A stretch of DNA of 64,000 bases from an uncultured virus (IMG/VR IMGVR_UViG_3300034071_001420) (IMGVR_UViG_3300034071_001420), one strand, 5' to 3'; positions 8,615-17,799 are shown, counted from the stretch's first letter. Notes: generated by a model from the sequence alone, not told the origin. Translations and numbers: made by a program.

Positions 8615-8920
8615 ATATTTGAAAACACGGGCAGTAACCGATTAGAGAGTGGGCATGGGGTTCCGTATAGGGATAGGGGACGGGGCTACGCGCCGTTGTA
8701 CGGGGCTGCGCTGTGTGGGGTGGGGCTGATGGGGGTACAGGCGGGGCAGCGCGTGTGGCGGCACGCCGTGCGTGTGCTGATGAATATTTGAAAAGGTGGA
8801 AGGTAAAGTTCGCCAAAAGCGAATTCCGTAAACGAATATTTGAAATCTTGGGAGAGACTCATAGGAGTCCCAATATTTGAAATCTACTTTAGGCATTTCT
8901 AGGAGTCCCAATTTTTGAAT
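8615..8920. repeat. Non-coding region with repeated ATATTTGAAA motifs and a G-rich tract
   Basis: ATATTTGAAA at 8615, 8784, 8836 and 8873; TAGGAGTCCCAAT(A/T)TTTGAA at 8862 and 8900; four G4-5 runs at 8717-8746. Confidence 0.7.
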
Positions 8921-9082
8921 TGTGGCTTCGGGATTCTTCGCGGTACGGCTAGCCGGCCCCCCTCCACCCCATAGGGGCCCGAAATGACTGGTCCGCAAAC
9001 GCCCGACTCGCGTGACCCGTAACAACCGTGTTTGTAGCGCGTGTTCAGGGCTTCCACACACGCGGGAAACCCCTGTAGAAAT

Positions 9083-9114
9083 AAAAAAACCCTGACCGCA
9101 CTACGCGATCAGGG
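9083..9114 (-). terminator. Terminator downstream of the tRNA cluster
   Basis: CCCTGA..CGC/GCG..TCAGGG hairpin with a minus-strand U-run. Confidence 0.6.
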
Positions 9115-9161
9115 CTGTTGCCCGCAGAACTCTACTAATGGGGGCAAAGTATCTATTAGAA

Positions 9162-9234
9162 TAGGTGCGGTGGGATTCGAACCCACACTGTGGAGATTTT
9201 GAGTCCCCTATCTCTGCCGTTGGATTACGCACCC
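9162..9234 (-). tRNA. tRNA-Leu(CAA), short variable loop
   Basis: GGGTGCG acceptor stem, GGGGA-CTCAAAA-TCTCC anticodon arm, GTGGG-TTCGAAT-CCCAC T arm, discriminator A, CCA not encoded. Confidence 0.92.
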
Positions 9235-9242
9235 GGGTGCAT

Positions 9243-9446
9243 TTATTCCGCGTCGGTGTCCCACGGTTCATCGGGGAATTCATCAGCAGAATCGGTCACA
9301 TCGGCTTCCATGTCTGTGCCGCCTTCGTCATCGCTGGGGAATTCGATCCAATCATCGTCCCAATCCGCATCAGGATCGTGCGGGTACATGGGCGAATCGG
9401 AACGGATGGAACGCTCAAAATCACTCATTCGGAGTTGCTTGCACAT
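9243..9446 (-). CDS. Small highly acidic protein
   Basis: 67 aa, D/E-rich, RBS AAGGA, lies between the two tRNAs. Confidence 0.65.
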   Translation of the reverse strand: MCKQLRMSDFERSIRSDSPMYPHDPDADWDDDWIEFPSDDEGGTDMEADVTDSADEFPDEPWDTDAE

Positions 9447-9487
9447 GCTGTGTGTTTCCTTGTAGGTTTGCGAGTGTACGGGGGAAG

Positions 9488-9560
9488 CGTCCCCGAGTGG
9501 ATTTGAACCACTGACTTGCCGCTTAGAAGGCGGCTACTCTATCCACTGAGTTACGGGGAC
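9488..9560 (-). tRNA. tRNA-Arg(UCU)
   Basis: GTCCCCG acceptor stem, GCCGC-CTTCTAA-GCGGC anticodon arm, AGTGG-TTCAAAT-CCACT T arm. Confidence 0.95.
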
Positions 9561-9567
9561 GGGTAAT

Positions 9568-9927
9568 TTACGCCTTGACGGGAGCCGGAGACGGAACCGC
9601 AGCCGGAGCCGTGCCCTTGACATTCTTGCTGCCAGCCTTGCGTCCGCGATTATTGGTGTTCACGACCAGCGTCTTGATCTCTGCATTAATTTCAGGAATC
9701 AAGTAGTTTCCGCGACCACTACGGCGCGACTTGGGCGCAGCAATCCACGCAGGCACGGCAATGTACGCAGAATCACTCTGGAGCAGTGCCAGCAGTTCCT
9801 TGCGGCTCACGGTGCATTCGTCAAAAACCGTGATCTTGCTGCGGTTCTGCTGAATCCACTGAATAAAGGCGATCTGACCGGGGGTGTACGAGGGGAGCAT
9901 GATGTTGGTGTTGGTGTTGGTGTTCAT
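9568..9927 (-). CDS. Stand-alone paralogue of the CobS N-terminal domain, putative DNA-binding
   Basis: VPAWIAAPKSRRSGRGNYLIPEI...NRGRKAGSK matches the CobS N-terminus VPAWCMTASRKSGRGFYMLPEI...KRGRPAGAK. Confidence 0.7.
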   Translation of the reverse strand: MNTNTNTNIMLPSYTPGQIAFIQWIQQNRSKITVFDECTVSRKELLALLQSDSAYIAVPAWIAAPKSRRSGRGNYLIPEINAEIKTLVVNTNNRGRKAGSKNVKGTAPAAVPSPAPVKA

Positions 9928-9959
9928 TGTGTTTCCTTTGTGTGTGTGAGTTGAGAGAT

Positions 9960-10334
9960 TTAGACAGTAGCAGCAAGTGGCGGCAGAGACGCTGCCCACC
10001 ACACGATTCCAAGCATGGTGTCCATATCAGTGTATCCGCGAACCTCTTCGCTGTCCTTGAAGGGCACAAACTTGCCCATAGGATCAAGCACCGCGATTTC
10101 CACAGCCTTGGCTTCAGGCGTGGTCAGCCCGCCGGGGGGTGTATCACCGTGGCGTTCACCGTTCAGAGTGTGCGAGTACATGCCTGTGCCGTACACCATG
10201 CTGATGGTGTATCCGTTTGCGAGATACAAGCGCATACGCCGCTTGAACGAATCCTTGTATTCATCGGATTCAATGGTGATGCCTGTGAGTAGTCCTTTTG
10301 TGGGATTCATTGTGGGATTCATTGTGGGATTCAT
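9960..10334 (-). CDS. Hypothetical protein
   Basis: RBS GAAAGGA; starts with three MNPT repeats encoded by a 12-bp tandem repeat. Confidence 0.65.
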   Translation of the reverse strand: MNPTMNPTMNPTKGLLTGITIESDEYKDSFKRRMRLYLANGYTISMVYGTGMYSHTLNGERHGDTPPGGLTTPEAKAVEIAVLDPMGKFVPFKDSEEVRGYTDMDTMLGIVWWAASLPPLAATV

Positions 10335-10354
10335 TGTGGTTTTCCTTTCGTGGA

Positions 10355-11704
10355 TCAGAAGGGGCACTTGGTGGAAGCAGCAGGAGCGGCATCAACAGGA
10401 GCCGCAACAGGATCAGGAGTCTTGGCAGTCGCGTCGATCTTGGTGTAGAACTCCGTGAACGCATTCTTCGTCTCCTCATCGAAGCGCGACACGCAACGCT
10501 CAATGGCTTGCATCTTGTCGCCGAACACGCTGAACGCGAACACGATGTCACGCAGACGGCGCGTGGTGATGATCTCGTTCACGATCTGCTGCTTGAACGA
10601 CTTGCGAACCAGATCAGCCCAGTTCACGAGATTGTCCATGAAATCATCGTCGCTCACACCGAGCGAACCCGCGTACTTCTTGAGAATCTTCTTCTCAACC
10701 TTCGGCTCTGCGTAGTCCTGTTCGTAGCAGAAGTGGAAGCGGTCAAGGAACGCCTCGTTCAACTGATTCGTGCCAGCGAAGCGACCGTCTGCGCTGCCCT
10801 TGCCCTTGGTGTTTGCGGTTGCCACGATGGTGAAACCCGCAGCAGGACGCACATACTGACCAATCTTGGGGATGAACTTGCCCTTGCCCTCCAGCACCGA
10901 CTGCAAGCACATGATGGCGTGACCGCCCAGATCCACCTCGTCAAGCAGCAGCACCGCGCCACGCTCCATTGCCACAAGCACGGGACCGGGAACGAACTTG
11001 GTTTCGCCTGCAATCAGACGGAAACCGCCAAGCAGTTCGTCTTCATCCGTCTGCACGGTGAAATTCACGCGAATGCACTCGCGTCCCAACTTGGCGCACA
11101 CCTGTTCCACCATCGTGGTCTTGCCGTTGCCGCTCATGCCCGTGATGAACACAGGGCAAAACGCCTTGGACGCGATAATCGTCTCGATTTCGCTGTGGTA
11201 GCCCCACGCAATGTAGTTGCTGTCGGTGTCAGGCGTGAACGAAGTGCGCTCGCCGCCCGTCAGGCTTGCCACCATGCACGCCGCATCAGCAGTGAGCGAC
11301 ACGCCGCTGCCCGTGGTGATGCGCGTAGCCACCGAGGAGTCCGCAACCACGGACGCAAGCGCAGCAGCAGCGCGAGACGCAGGAGCCGCAGCAGGTGCGG
11401 GAGTCTTGGTTGCGCTGTTTGCGGTCTTTGCACCCGCAGGGCGACCACGCTTCACCGCGATCACGGTGATATCCGAGTCGCTTGCCATGATTTCGGGCAG
11501 CATGTAGAAGCCACGACCGGACTTGCGGCTTGCGGTCATGCACCACGCGGGCACTGCGGAGTAGCCAGCGCGCTTGGCAGCAGCAAGCAGTTCGCTGTAC
11601 ATCACGCCGCCGCCCTTGCCGAAGTTTCCTCCGTGGAAATACGGGCGAACGGCGGTAACGAAGGCGTGCTGGGTCGAAGTAAGAGTGTAGGTAGAGTTCT
11701 TCAT
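10355..11704 (-). CDS. cobS: Phage CobS-like MoxR/CbbQ AAA+ ATPase
   Basis: Walker A GMSGNGKT, Walker B LLLDEVD, TANTKG, NEAFLDRF and ITTRRL, as in T4-like phage CobS. Confidence 0.92.
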   Translation of the reverse strand: MKNSTYTLTSTQHAFVTAVRPYFHGGNFGKGGGVMYSELLAAAKRAGYSAVPAWCMTASRKSGRGFYMLPEIMASDSDITVIAVKRGRPAGAKTANSATKTPAPAAAPASRAAAALASVVADSSVATRITTGSGVSLTADAACMVASLTGGERTSFTPDTDSNYIAWGYHSEIETIIASKAFCPVFITGMSGNGKTTMVEQVCAKLGRECIRVNFTVQTDEDELLGGFRLIAGETKFVPGPVLVAMERGAVLLLDEVDLGGHAIMCLQSVLEGKGKFIPKIGQYVRPAAGFTIVATANTKGKGSADGRFAGTNQLNEAFLDRFHFCYEQDYAEPKVEKKILKKYAGSLGVSDDDFMDNLVNWADLVRKSFKQQIVNEIITTRRLRDIVFAFSVFGDKMQAIERCVSRFDEETKNAFTEFYTKIDATAKTPDPVAAPVDAAPAASTKCPF

Positions 11705-11710
11705 ATCAAT

Positions 11711-11739
11711 AATTTACCCGATTTTTGGGTTCCTGTCAA
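11711..11739 (-). promoter_or_regulatory. Sigma70-like early promoter, leaderless
   Basis: TTGACA-N17-TAAATT-attgat-ATG. Confidence 0.75.
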
Positions 11740-11837
11740 GGGTTTTTTGCGAAAAACGATTCAAAAAGTCCGATAATCCACTTCGTAAACCCCTGTGGGG
11801 AGGGAATTTACGCTGTTTTTGCAGAATGTGCTGCGGC

Positions 11838-14120
11838 TCACGCCAGTGCAAGGTACTCGCCGATGATGGTGGACAGCGAACGCATGGAATTTGCCATGGC
11901 CTGCTTGTTCACCACAGCCGTCACCAGCGTGCGGGCACTCTTTGCCGCATCAATCTTCTCGTCCATCTTGTGCATCTGCCGTTCAATCCACGCATTATTG
12001 CCTGCGTCACCGAAACGCGCTGCCACAGCCACCACCGCAGTGTCAAAACCACACGCAGTACCACGGGCAAAACCGTCACGGCTCCAGTTGTTGCCCTTGG
12101 CAGACGGCACAAAGCCACCCATGTTGGGCACATTAGTGCTTTGACGCTCGGTCAGACCGATCCAGTGCACCTTGGAACCCGTGCGACGGCGCAGAATGTC
12201 AATGGCAGCACACACCGAAGCGTTGTACGGGTTTTCCCAACGCACAGTGCCACGCTGGAAACTGCCGTACTTGCCGTCAGCACCCGTGCAGTAGTGCGTA
12301 TCAATATCATACGACACGCCAGTCTGCGGGTCTTGCATCACATGGTGGGTGCGATACCCACTACCACTGGTGTTCGTGAAGAACCCATCGGTGGCTTCGC
12401 CGTCAGTCAGCACCACGGTGTGTGCAATCTGAATGCGGTTCACCTTGAGGAAGTTCTCCACAACAGGCACAATGTGGTACAGTGCCGAAACGGTGGGCGT
12501 GGAACCCATGCGGTAGCAGCGATCATTGGTGATCGTGCCCCAGTGCCGCCACAACATGCTCTTCATGCGCTCGTACTGCGGAGCGGTCATGCGACTGCTA
12601 AAGAAATTCAGCAGACTCACCTGCACGGTTGCAGCCTTGCCAATCATGGGCTTTTCCCACGCTTCGCGCTGTGCCTTGTACTGCGTGTACACATCGTCGC
12701 TGTACGGATCAACCCCCTTCTCCAACTTGAGGTACGGCGAATCGGTGAACGCAAACACTTCAAAGGGGATGCCAGCCATGCGGCAGAAATCAGTCAAGAT
12801 GATCAACTGACCCAGAGTCTGCTGCATGATGCTGCACATGGAGCCGCTCCAGTCAAGCAGAATCACGATGCCGTGGTTCTTGCCAGTGGTGACGCGAGCG
12901 GTGCGACGGAAAATGTCTTCGTTCCACTTGTACTGCGTCATGCGGAGAGGATCAACGCCACCAGTCTTGGCAATCACGGTGCGCTTCCAAATATCCGCAG
13001 ACTTGCGACGATCAAACGCGGTAGCCATCGCGGTGCTGGCAGTCTTGTACTCTGCGCTGCGGAACGGCTCCACAACGGGATTGAGACGAGCCACGATGCG
13101 CTCCACATCAGCGAGCACGCTCTTGAAGTCCACAACAGCGTCCTGTGTATCGCACACGCGCAGCGTCTTGACATCGTAACCGCTGCGGCTGGTGTCGTTC
13201 AGCGTCTTCATGGCATTCTCAAAAGCACTCTGCGTGGTGGGCATGGGCATATCGCTCTGCGGCTTCTCGCTCTGCGAATTGCCGTGCGACGGCTGGTTGC
13301 CACCAGTGTCGCCACCCTGCGAGTCTTCAGGGCTACCGCCGTTGCTAGCGGATTCGTCGCCACCATCAGTAGTGGTGCTGCCGCTCTCGCTCTTGGCTTC
13401 GCCTTCACCGCTGCCCGACTGTGACTGGCTCTCCTGCTCTTCGCCTTCGCCCGAGCCACTCGCGCCGTCCGACTGGTCGCTGTTGCTGTCCTGCTTTTCC
13501 TTCATCCACTTGCCAGCGTCCACCGCAAGCATGGCATCAGCAGCAGCAACAGCGTCTTCCCAAGTCTGTGCAGCATCAAGCGCGTCCACGATGCCCTGCT
13601 CGTGCGCGTTGAAAGTAATGCTTGCACCAGTGTGCAGACCCAACTTGAAGTGGAGGTTCACGCGGTCGCCGCAGCACAGGGTGTTCCAGTCGCTGCCCTG
13701 CGTCTTGAAGAAGTCCTGCGCGAGCAGTTCACCGTAACCCTTGAAGAAGTCTGCACGCAGACCGGGGAACTGATTCTTAATCAGTCGCTCAATGCGAGCG
13801 TCTTCTGCAATGTTGAGGTACTGACGCGCCACACCCTCGCTCACGCCGTGCTTGGCGGCAAGCGTCTTGGAGTCCGTGCTCCAGCCGGTCTGCGGCGTGT
13901 GCAGCGCGTGCGACACTTCGTGACCCACAAGCATATCGTAGAGCGCGTTGCTCATATCCTTCCAACGGGGCAGGATGAGGGTGCGGGTCTTCAAGTCGAA
14001 CGCAGCGGTGGGCACATTGCTGTGCTCCACGGAAATGTTTTCAGTGGCAAGAAGACGCGCAAGCACGCTCTTGGTGGAGGTGTTCGGGGCGGTGGTAGCC
14101 GTAGCGGTAGAGTTCTGCAT
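11838..14120 (-). CDS. CobT-like partner: HExxH metallopeptidase-like domain, acidic linker, VWA domain
   Basis: LARLLATENI, GHEVSH, EDARIE, MIDAS LLDWSGSM and LTDGE; start set at the ATG following the promoter. Confidence 0.88.
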   Translation of the reverse strand: MQNSTATATTAPNTSTKSVLARLLATENISVEHSNVPTAAFDLKTRTLILPRWKDMSNALYDMLVGHEVSHALHTPQTGWSTDSKTLAAKHGVSEGVARQYLNIAEDARIERLIKNQFPGLRADFFKGYGELLAQDFFKTQGSDWNTLCCGDRVNLHFKLGLHTGASITFNAHEQGIVDALDAAQTWEDAVAAADAMLAVDAGKWMKEKQDSNSDQSDGASGSGEGEEQESQSQSGSGEGEAKSESGSTTTDGGDESASNGGSPEDSQGGDTGGNQPSHGNSQSEKPQSDMPMPTTQSAFENAMKTLNDTSRSGYDVKTLRVCDTQDAVVDFKSVLADVERIVARLNPVVEPFRSAEYKTASTAMATAFDRRKSADIWKRTVIAKTGGVDPLRMTQYKWNEDIFRRTARVTTGKNHGIVILLDWSGSMCSIMQQTLGQLIILTDFCRMAGIPFEVFAFTDSPYLKLEKGVDPYSDDVYTQYKAQREAWEKPMIGKAATVQVSLLNFFSSRMTAPQYERMKSMLWRHWGTITNDRCYRMGSTPTVSALYHIVPVVENFLKVNRIQIAHTVVLTDGEATDGFFTNTSGSGYRTHHVMQDPQTGVSYDIDTHYCTGADGKYGSFQRGTVRWENPYNASVCAAIDILRRRTGSKVHWIGLTERQSTNVPNMGGFVPSAKGNNWSRDGFARGTACGFDTAVVAVAARFGDAGNNAWIERQMHKMDEKIDAAKSARTLVTAVVNKQAMANSMRSLSTIIGEYLALA

Positions 14121-14126
14121 ACCTAA

Positions 14127-14154
14127 AATATACCATAAAAACGGGGCTTTGCAA
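14127..14154 (-). promoter_or_regulatory. Sigma70-like early promoter, leaderless
   Basis: TTGCAA-N16-TATATT with TG extension, then ttaggt ATG. Confidence 0.7.
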
Positions 14155-14283
14155 GGGGTATTTCCATTTAAAGTATTCCAATGTCCGGTAATAGCGCGTA
14201 TAACTGCTTTCAAATAAAGGGTTTACGCTTTTCTTCCATTTTCCTTGTGGTAGAATAGCAACATACCTCTGGAGGATTCCCGC

Positions 14284-14718
14284 ATGGCGTACCTAAAGAA
14301 CCCCCGTGTCCGCGACTTCATCCGCACCATCCGCTCACAGTGCCGCAAGTGCAATATTCGTTTTGTAATGAGCAGCGGCTACCAAATTAATTCATTGGAC
14401 GGCGAACGCTGCCAAGGCATTTTTGAACCGCCTGACCACACTGCAAAGAGTACCTCTGCTGCACGCGGTGCTTTAAAGGTAGCCACAGGTGGTCGCCGTA
14501 CTAGCGAATGGCTGTTCTCACTAGCACACGAATACGCCCACTTTCTACAGTGGATGCGTGATGACCCTATTTTCAACGAGAAAGACTACTACACCTTGGA
14601 AGAAGCCACCGAGCGGGAAGCACTGGAAATCTGCCGAGAATTCAGATTGCCCATGCCTCGCCGTGTACTGCTGCGAGAAAAAAAGAATTACCTTAAGAAA
14701 CTCAAGGGGGGTGTGTAA
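14284..14718 (+). CDS. HExxH zinc metallopeptidase-like protein
   Basis: SLAHEYAHFLQW plus downstream LEE; RBS GGAGG; extended -10 TGgTAGAAT upstream. Confidence 0.65.
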   Translation: MAYLKNPRVRDFIRTIRSQCRKCNIRFVMSSGYQINSLDGERCQGIFEPPDHTAKSTSAARGALKVATGGRRTSEWLFSLAHEYAHFLQWMRDDPIFNEKDYYTLEEATEREALEICREFRLPMPRRVLLREKKNYLKKLKGGV

Positions 14719-14742
14719 TAGATAGAGCGGAGGATTTACACT

Positions 14743-15030
14743 ATGCCCGTATACGAATACCATTGTGAGAAATGCAGCGGCGCGTGGGAGACGGTGCTGC
14801 CTATCCCAGAACGCGACTCCCCGTGTGCTGCCCCGTGTCCCAAATGTAAAAAGCGGAAATGCGTGCGGCGTGGGGTGAGTGTGTGTACGATGGGGGTGGA
14901 CGCTACCAAGGGGCCAGGCAGCGAGTTCAAGGCGTTAATGAATAAAATGAAGCGGGGACAGCCCAAGTCCACACACAACACTTTAGATAAAGCCGCAAGT
15001 CTGCGTGGTAAAAAATACGGCGCAATGTAA
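14743..15030 (+). CDS. FmdB-family zinc-ribbon protein
   Basis: MPVYEYHCEKC...PCPKC. Confidence 0.8.
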   Translation: MPVYEYHCEKCSGAWETVLPIPERDSPCAAPCPKCKKRKCVRRGVSVCTMGVDATKGPGSEFKALMNKMKRGQPKSTHNTLDKAASLRGKKYGAM

Positions 15031-15170
15031 AGCCGTATCACACGCTCAACCCTATTATTTCAGGTATTCCGTAATGTGGGGCAGAGTGGGGCGATGTGGT
15101 GCAATATTCTCAAATATTAGACAGAAACGCCCATAGCATTCAGATATAGGGGTTTCCTACATATTTGCAC

Positions 15171-15584
15171 ATGAAATCGTTTTCTGCACACCTCGCCACC
15201 AACACACACAGCCCACGCCCTCGTGGCGAGTACTTTGTTAGTAGATTTACCATTACTGGAACCGTGATCTCTGCGGTAGCCGTACACGGGCGGCTAACCA
15301 AAAACTACAGAAATAAAAAACTGTTTTGGCGGTGGCGTGTGCGTATACACACATCCGAAGGGTGGATGCTCATGGGGTATATCGGCACGAGCGAAACACG
15401 GGAAGACCTGCCTCCGCTCCGTGTGGGCGACACCGTGGAAGTACGCGACCTTGTGCTGTCCAGAACCACAGGCGGTGCTTGGGCAGAACGAAACGCAGTA
15501 GTGGGCGCACCACTAGACTACCGCTCCAACCTGTTCTCTCGCCAACTACACGGCACGATTAAAAGGGGTACAACCACCGTATGA
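15171..15584 (+). CDS. Hypothetical protein with capsid-targeting-like N-terminus
   Basis: MKSFSAHLA; CTACATA 7 nt upstream. Confidence 0.6.
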   Translation: MKSFSAHLATNTHSPRPRGEYFVSRFTITGTVISAVAVHGRLTKNYRNKKLFWRWRVRIHTSEGWMLMGYIGTSETREDLPPLRVGDTVEVRDLVLSRTTGGAWAERNAVVGAPLDYRSNLFSRQLHGTIKRGTTTV

Positions 15585-16000
15585 AACGCTTTGCCGCCCA
15601 CATCACCGAAGCCGCCACCGACGCAGCACGCCGTAAAAGCCGTATGGAGTCGTCCATGAGTGCGTTCATGGAAAAGGTACGGCACAGTTCGCGTACCCAC
15701 GCAGTCATTCACGCGTGGATACTAATGGAACCCGAACAGCACAGTGGCAACAGGCTTACACCTGCTTCCAGTGGCAAAACGCCTGTACACGCATGGGTGG
15801 AAGACGCTACCGATTCCCAATATGTGTACCACTACCGTGGGGAGTACTGGTGGAATCCGTCTCGTGGTGACTGGTGGATGCGTGGGCGTACCCGTGTACA
15901 CAAGAGTGACGCACGAGCGGACTGGGACAAATTGGAACGCACCGCTGTGGGCACAGGCGAGTGGAGTGACGGTGTGCTGACAGTGTTGAGTGTCAAGTAA
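15581..16000 (+). CDS. Hypothetical protein with capsid-targeting-like N-terminus
   Basis: MKRFAAHITE; ATGA overlap with the previous gene. Confidence 0.65.
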   Translation: MKRFAAHITEAATDAARRKSRMESSMSAFMEKVRHSSRTHAVIHAWILMEPEQHSGNRLTPASSGKTPVHAWVEDATDSQYVYHYRGEYWWNPSRGDWWMRGRTRVHKSDARADWDKLERTAVGTGEWSDGVLTVLSVK

Positions 16001-16004
16001 AAGT

Positions 16005-16232
16005 ATGAAATGCCCCCACACATTCTTTGCCGAAGCACGGCTCGCACGCGACTCGCTTAGTGCTTTGGGTGCGGCAAACACAAACGATTTGCGGGAGTAT
16101 CCGGGCGCACGGGGTGAGCGTGCCCACAAGCGGTTGCACCGTGAAATTGCTAAAGTGCTGAAGGGGCGGCTGTCCAAGACTGGAGCCGAACTTGCAGTGG
16201 GTATGAACGAAGCGCGGAGCCGTAAACACTAA
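16005..16232 (+). CDS. Small hypothetical protein
   Basis: MKCPHTFFAE; fills the gap in the operon. Confidence 0.5.
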   Translation: MKCPHTFFAEARLARDSLSALGAANTNDLREYPGARGERAHKRLHREIAKVLKGRLSKTGAELAVGMNEARSRKH

Positions 16233-16259
16233 ATAATAAAAACAGGAGAACAACCCCAC

Positions 16260-17201
16260 ATGAACCCCATCCACAACCCCTTTTCTCGTGACGAACACCC
16301 TGATCTGACCGCTGCCATTAACGGCGTGGTGAACGGGCAACCCCGACCTGTAGAGGAAGACATCCAAACCCCTGCTCGTGAGCGGCAGATGAAGCGCAAG
16401 ATGAAGGCAGCAGAACACGGCAGCGACGCAGCGTCTAGCCGCTACATTCAGGCATGGGACGCAGAAGCCAAGTCTCCTGACACCAACCCCAAGGCAGCAA
16501 AGGCACTTCGTGCGGCTGGAGAGCGTTTCAACGCAGCAGTAAAAAAGCGAAATGCACTGTACACCACTCAACGCAAGGAAGGCAGCAGCAAAAAGACATA
16601 CGGTGTGGGCGGCAAGGTGGTGCGTGAATCCGCGTCTCCACAAGGCGGTGACAAAAAGCCGTTCAACCCATTCAACCCCACGCTGGGCGATCTGCTCCGC
16701 TCAAAGCAACAGGACAAAAAAGCACCAAAGGGCAAGCCTGTAAAGGAAGCCGTGACACCTGCTCAACAAAAGGTGTTTGCCCGTGAACGGGAGCGGATGC
16801 TGAACGCACTCAACAACCCCAAGCAGAAACTCTCACCCACCGAGCGTGAAGCAGTGCTGGCTCGTGGGGCGCGCAATGCTGCTGCCGAAACCCGCAAAGG
16901 TGCGGTGTCACCCACTGGTGAGAAGTCACCCATCCATTCCGCAGCCAAGGCACACCACGAGTACGCTCGTCGTGAAAGCAAGAAACTGGATGCAATAGCC
17001 AAGCGCAAGGTACAGGAAGGCGCACAACTAGACGAACGCATCATTGACGAAGTGGATTTCTTTCAAGCGTCCAAGAATCTGCTTACAGGCAAAGGCTTCA
17101 AGACCAACCGTGAGGTGAGTGGCGCACGAGTAAACGCCAACATGGCAGCAATGCAGCGTCGTAAAGCACGAGCAGCCAAGACAGCCAAGAAAACTAAATA
17201 A
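16260..17201 (+). CDS. Basic modular putative head-internal protein
   Basis: K/R/A-rich; EDIQTPARE...YGVGGK module; VKE and LDE junctions; CTAAATA promoter and RBS AGGAG. Confidence 0.65.
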   Translation: MNPIHNPFSRDEHPDLTAAINGVVNGQPRPVEEDIQTPARERQMKRKMKAAEHGSDAASSRYIQAWDAEAKSPDTNPKAAKALRAAGERFNAAVKKRNALYTTQRKEGSSKKTYGVGGKVVRESASPQGGDKKPFNPFNPTLGDLLRSKQQDKKAPKGKPVKEAVTPAQQKVFARERERMLNALNNPKQKLSPTEREAVLARGARNAAAETRKGAVSPTGEKSPIHSAAKAHHEYARRESKKLDAIAKRKVQEGAQLDERIIDEVDFFQASKNLLTGKGFKTNREVSGARVNANMAAMQRRKARAAKTAKKTK

Positions 17202-17221
17202 CAGCACAAGGAGATACACTA

Positions 17222-17782
17222 ATGGCACGATTCAACACCAACACATTCCGTTCGCTCAACGAGAGCATTGCACGCATCCAAAACCCAATTGCTGCACTGG
17301 ACGAGGCTATGGAGTACACCAGTATTCTTGAAGCAGTAATTCTTGACCTTTGCGAAGCACTAGACCTTGATCCACAGGCACTACTAGAAGACTTGCAGAC
17401 TCCTGAACGAGATTACGAAATGTACTCAAGCATCCGTAAAAAGAAACAGGCAGCGGATAAGCATAGACTCAAGGCAAAAGACACATCAACGCCTGCACGC
17501 AAGCGAGCAGCGGTTGCACATAAACTCAAGGCAAAAGACGCAGCAGCGGATGCACGCAAACTCAAGGCAACAGACGCAGCAGAAAAGGCTGACAAAGAGA
17601 ATGTGTACGGCACGGGTGGCAAAGTGGTGGATACTCGTACAGCGTACAATCAGCGAGTAAATCGTAAATGGACTGCCGCAGACAAGAAAGAGTGGGCACG
17701 AACTCACTACGGTAATACGGGGCGAGAAATAGAGTACGATGACAGCAGGAGCACCATCCCTTACAGGAATTACAAACGGTAA
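17222..17782 (+). CDS. Putative head-internal protein, paralogue of 35709-36320
   Basis: NTFRSLNESIARIQNP..ALDEAMEY; EDLQTPER...YGTGGK. Confidence 0.7.
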   Translation: MARFNTNTFRSLNESIARIQNPIAALDEAMEYTSILEAVILDLCEALDLDPQALLEDLQTPERDYEMYSSIRKKKQAADKHRLKAKDTSTPARKRAAVAHKLKAKDAAADARKLKATDAAEKADKENVYGTGGKVVDTRTAYNQRVNRKWTAADKKEWARTHYGNTGREIEYDDSRSTIPYRNYKR

Positions 17783-17799
17783 ACCCAAAATCAATTTGT

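Noticed and set aside
8568..9061. ORFs within the non-coding island
   Set aside because: Low-complexity translations, no RBS, mutually overlapping frames.
10298..13424. Long plus-strand ORFs of 492 and 532 aa
   Set aside because: Antisense shadows of the codon-biased cobS and VWA genes; no motifs or RBS.
10355..14120. Cobalamin biosynthesis (cobaltochelatase) function
   Set aside because: No cobN in the window; phage CobS is a MoxR-type AAA with a peptidase-VWA partner, and the name reflects homology only.
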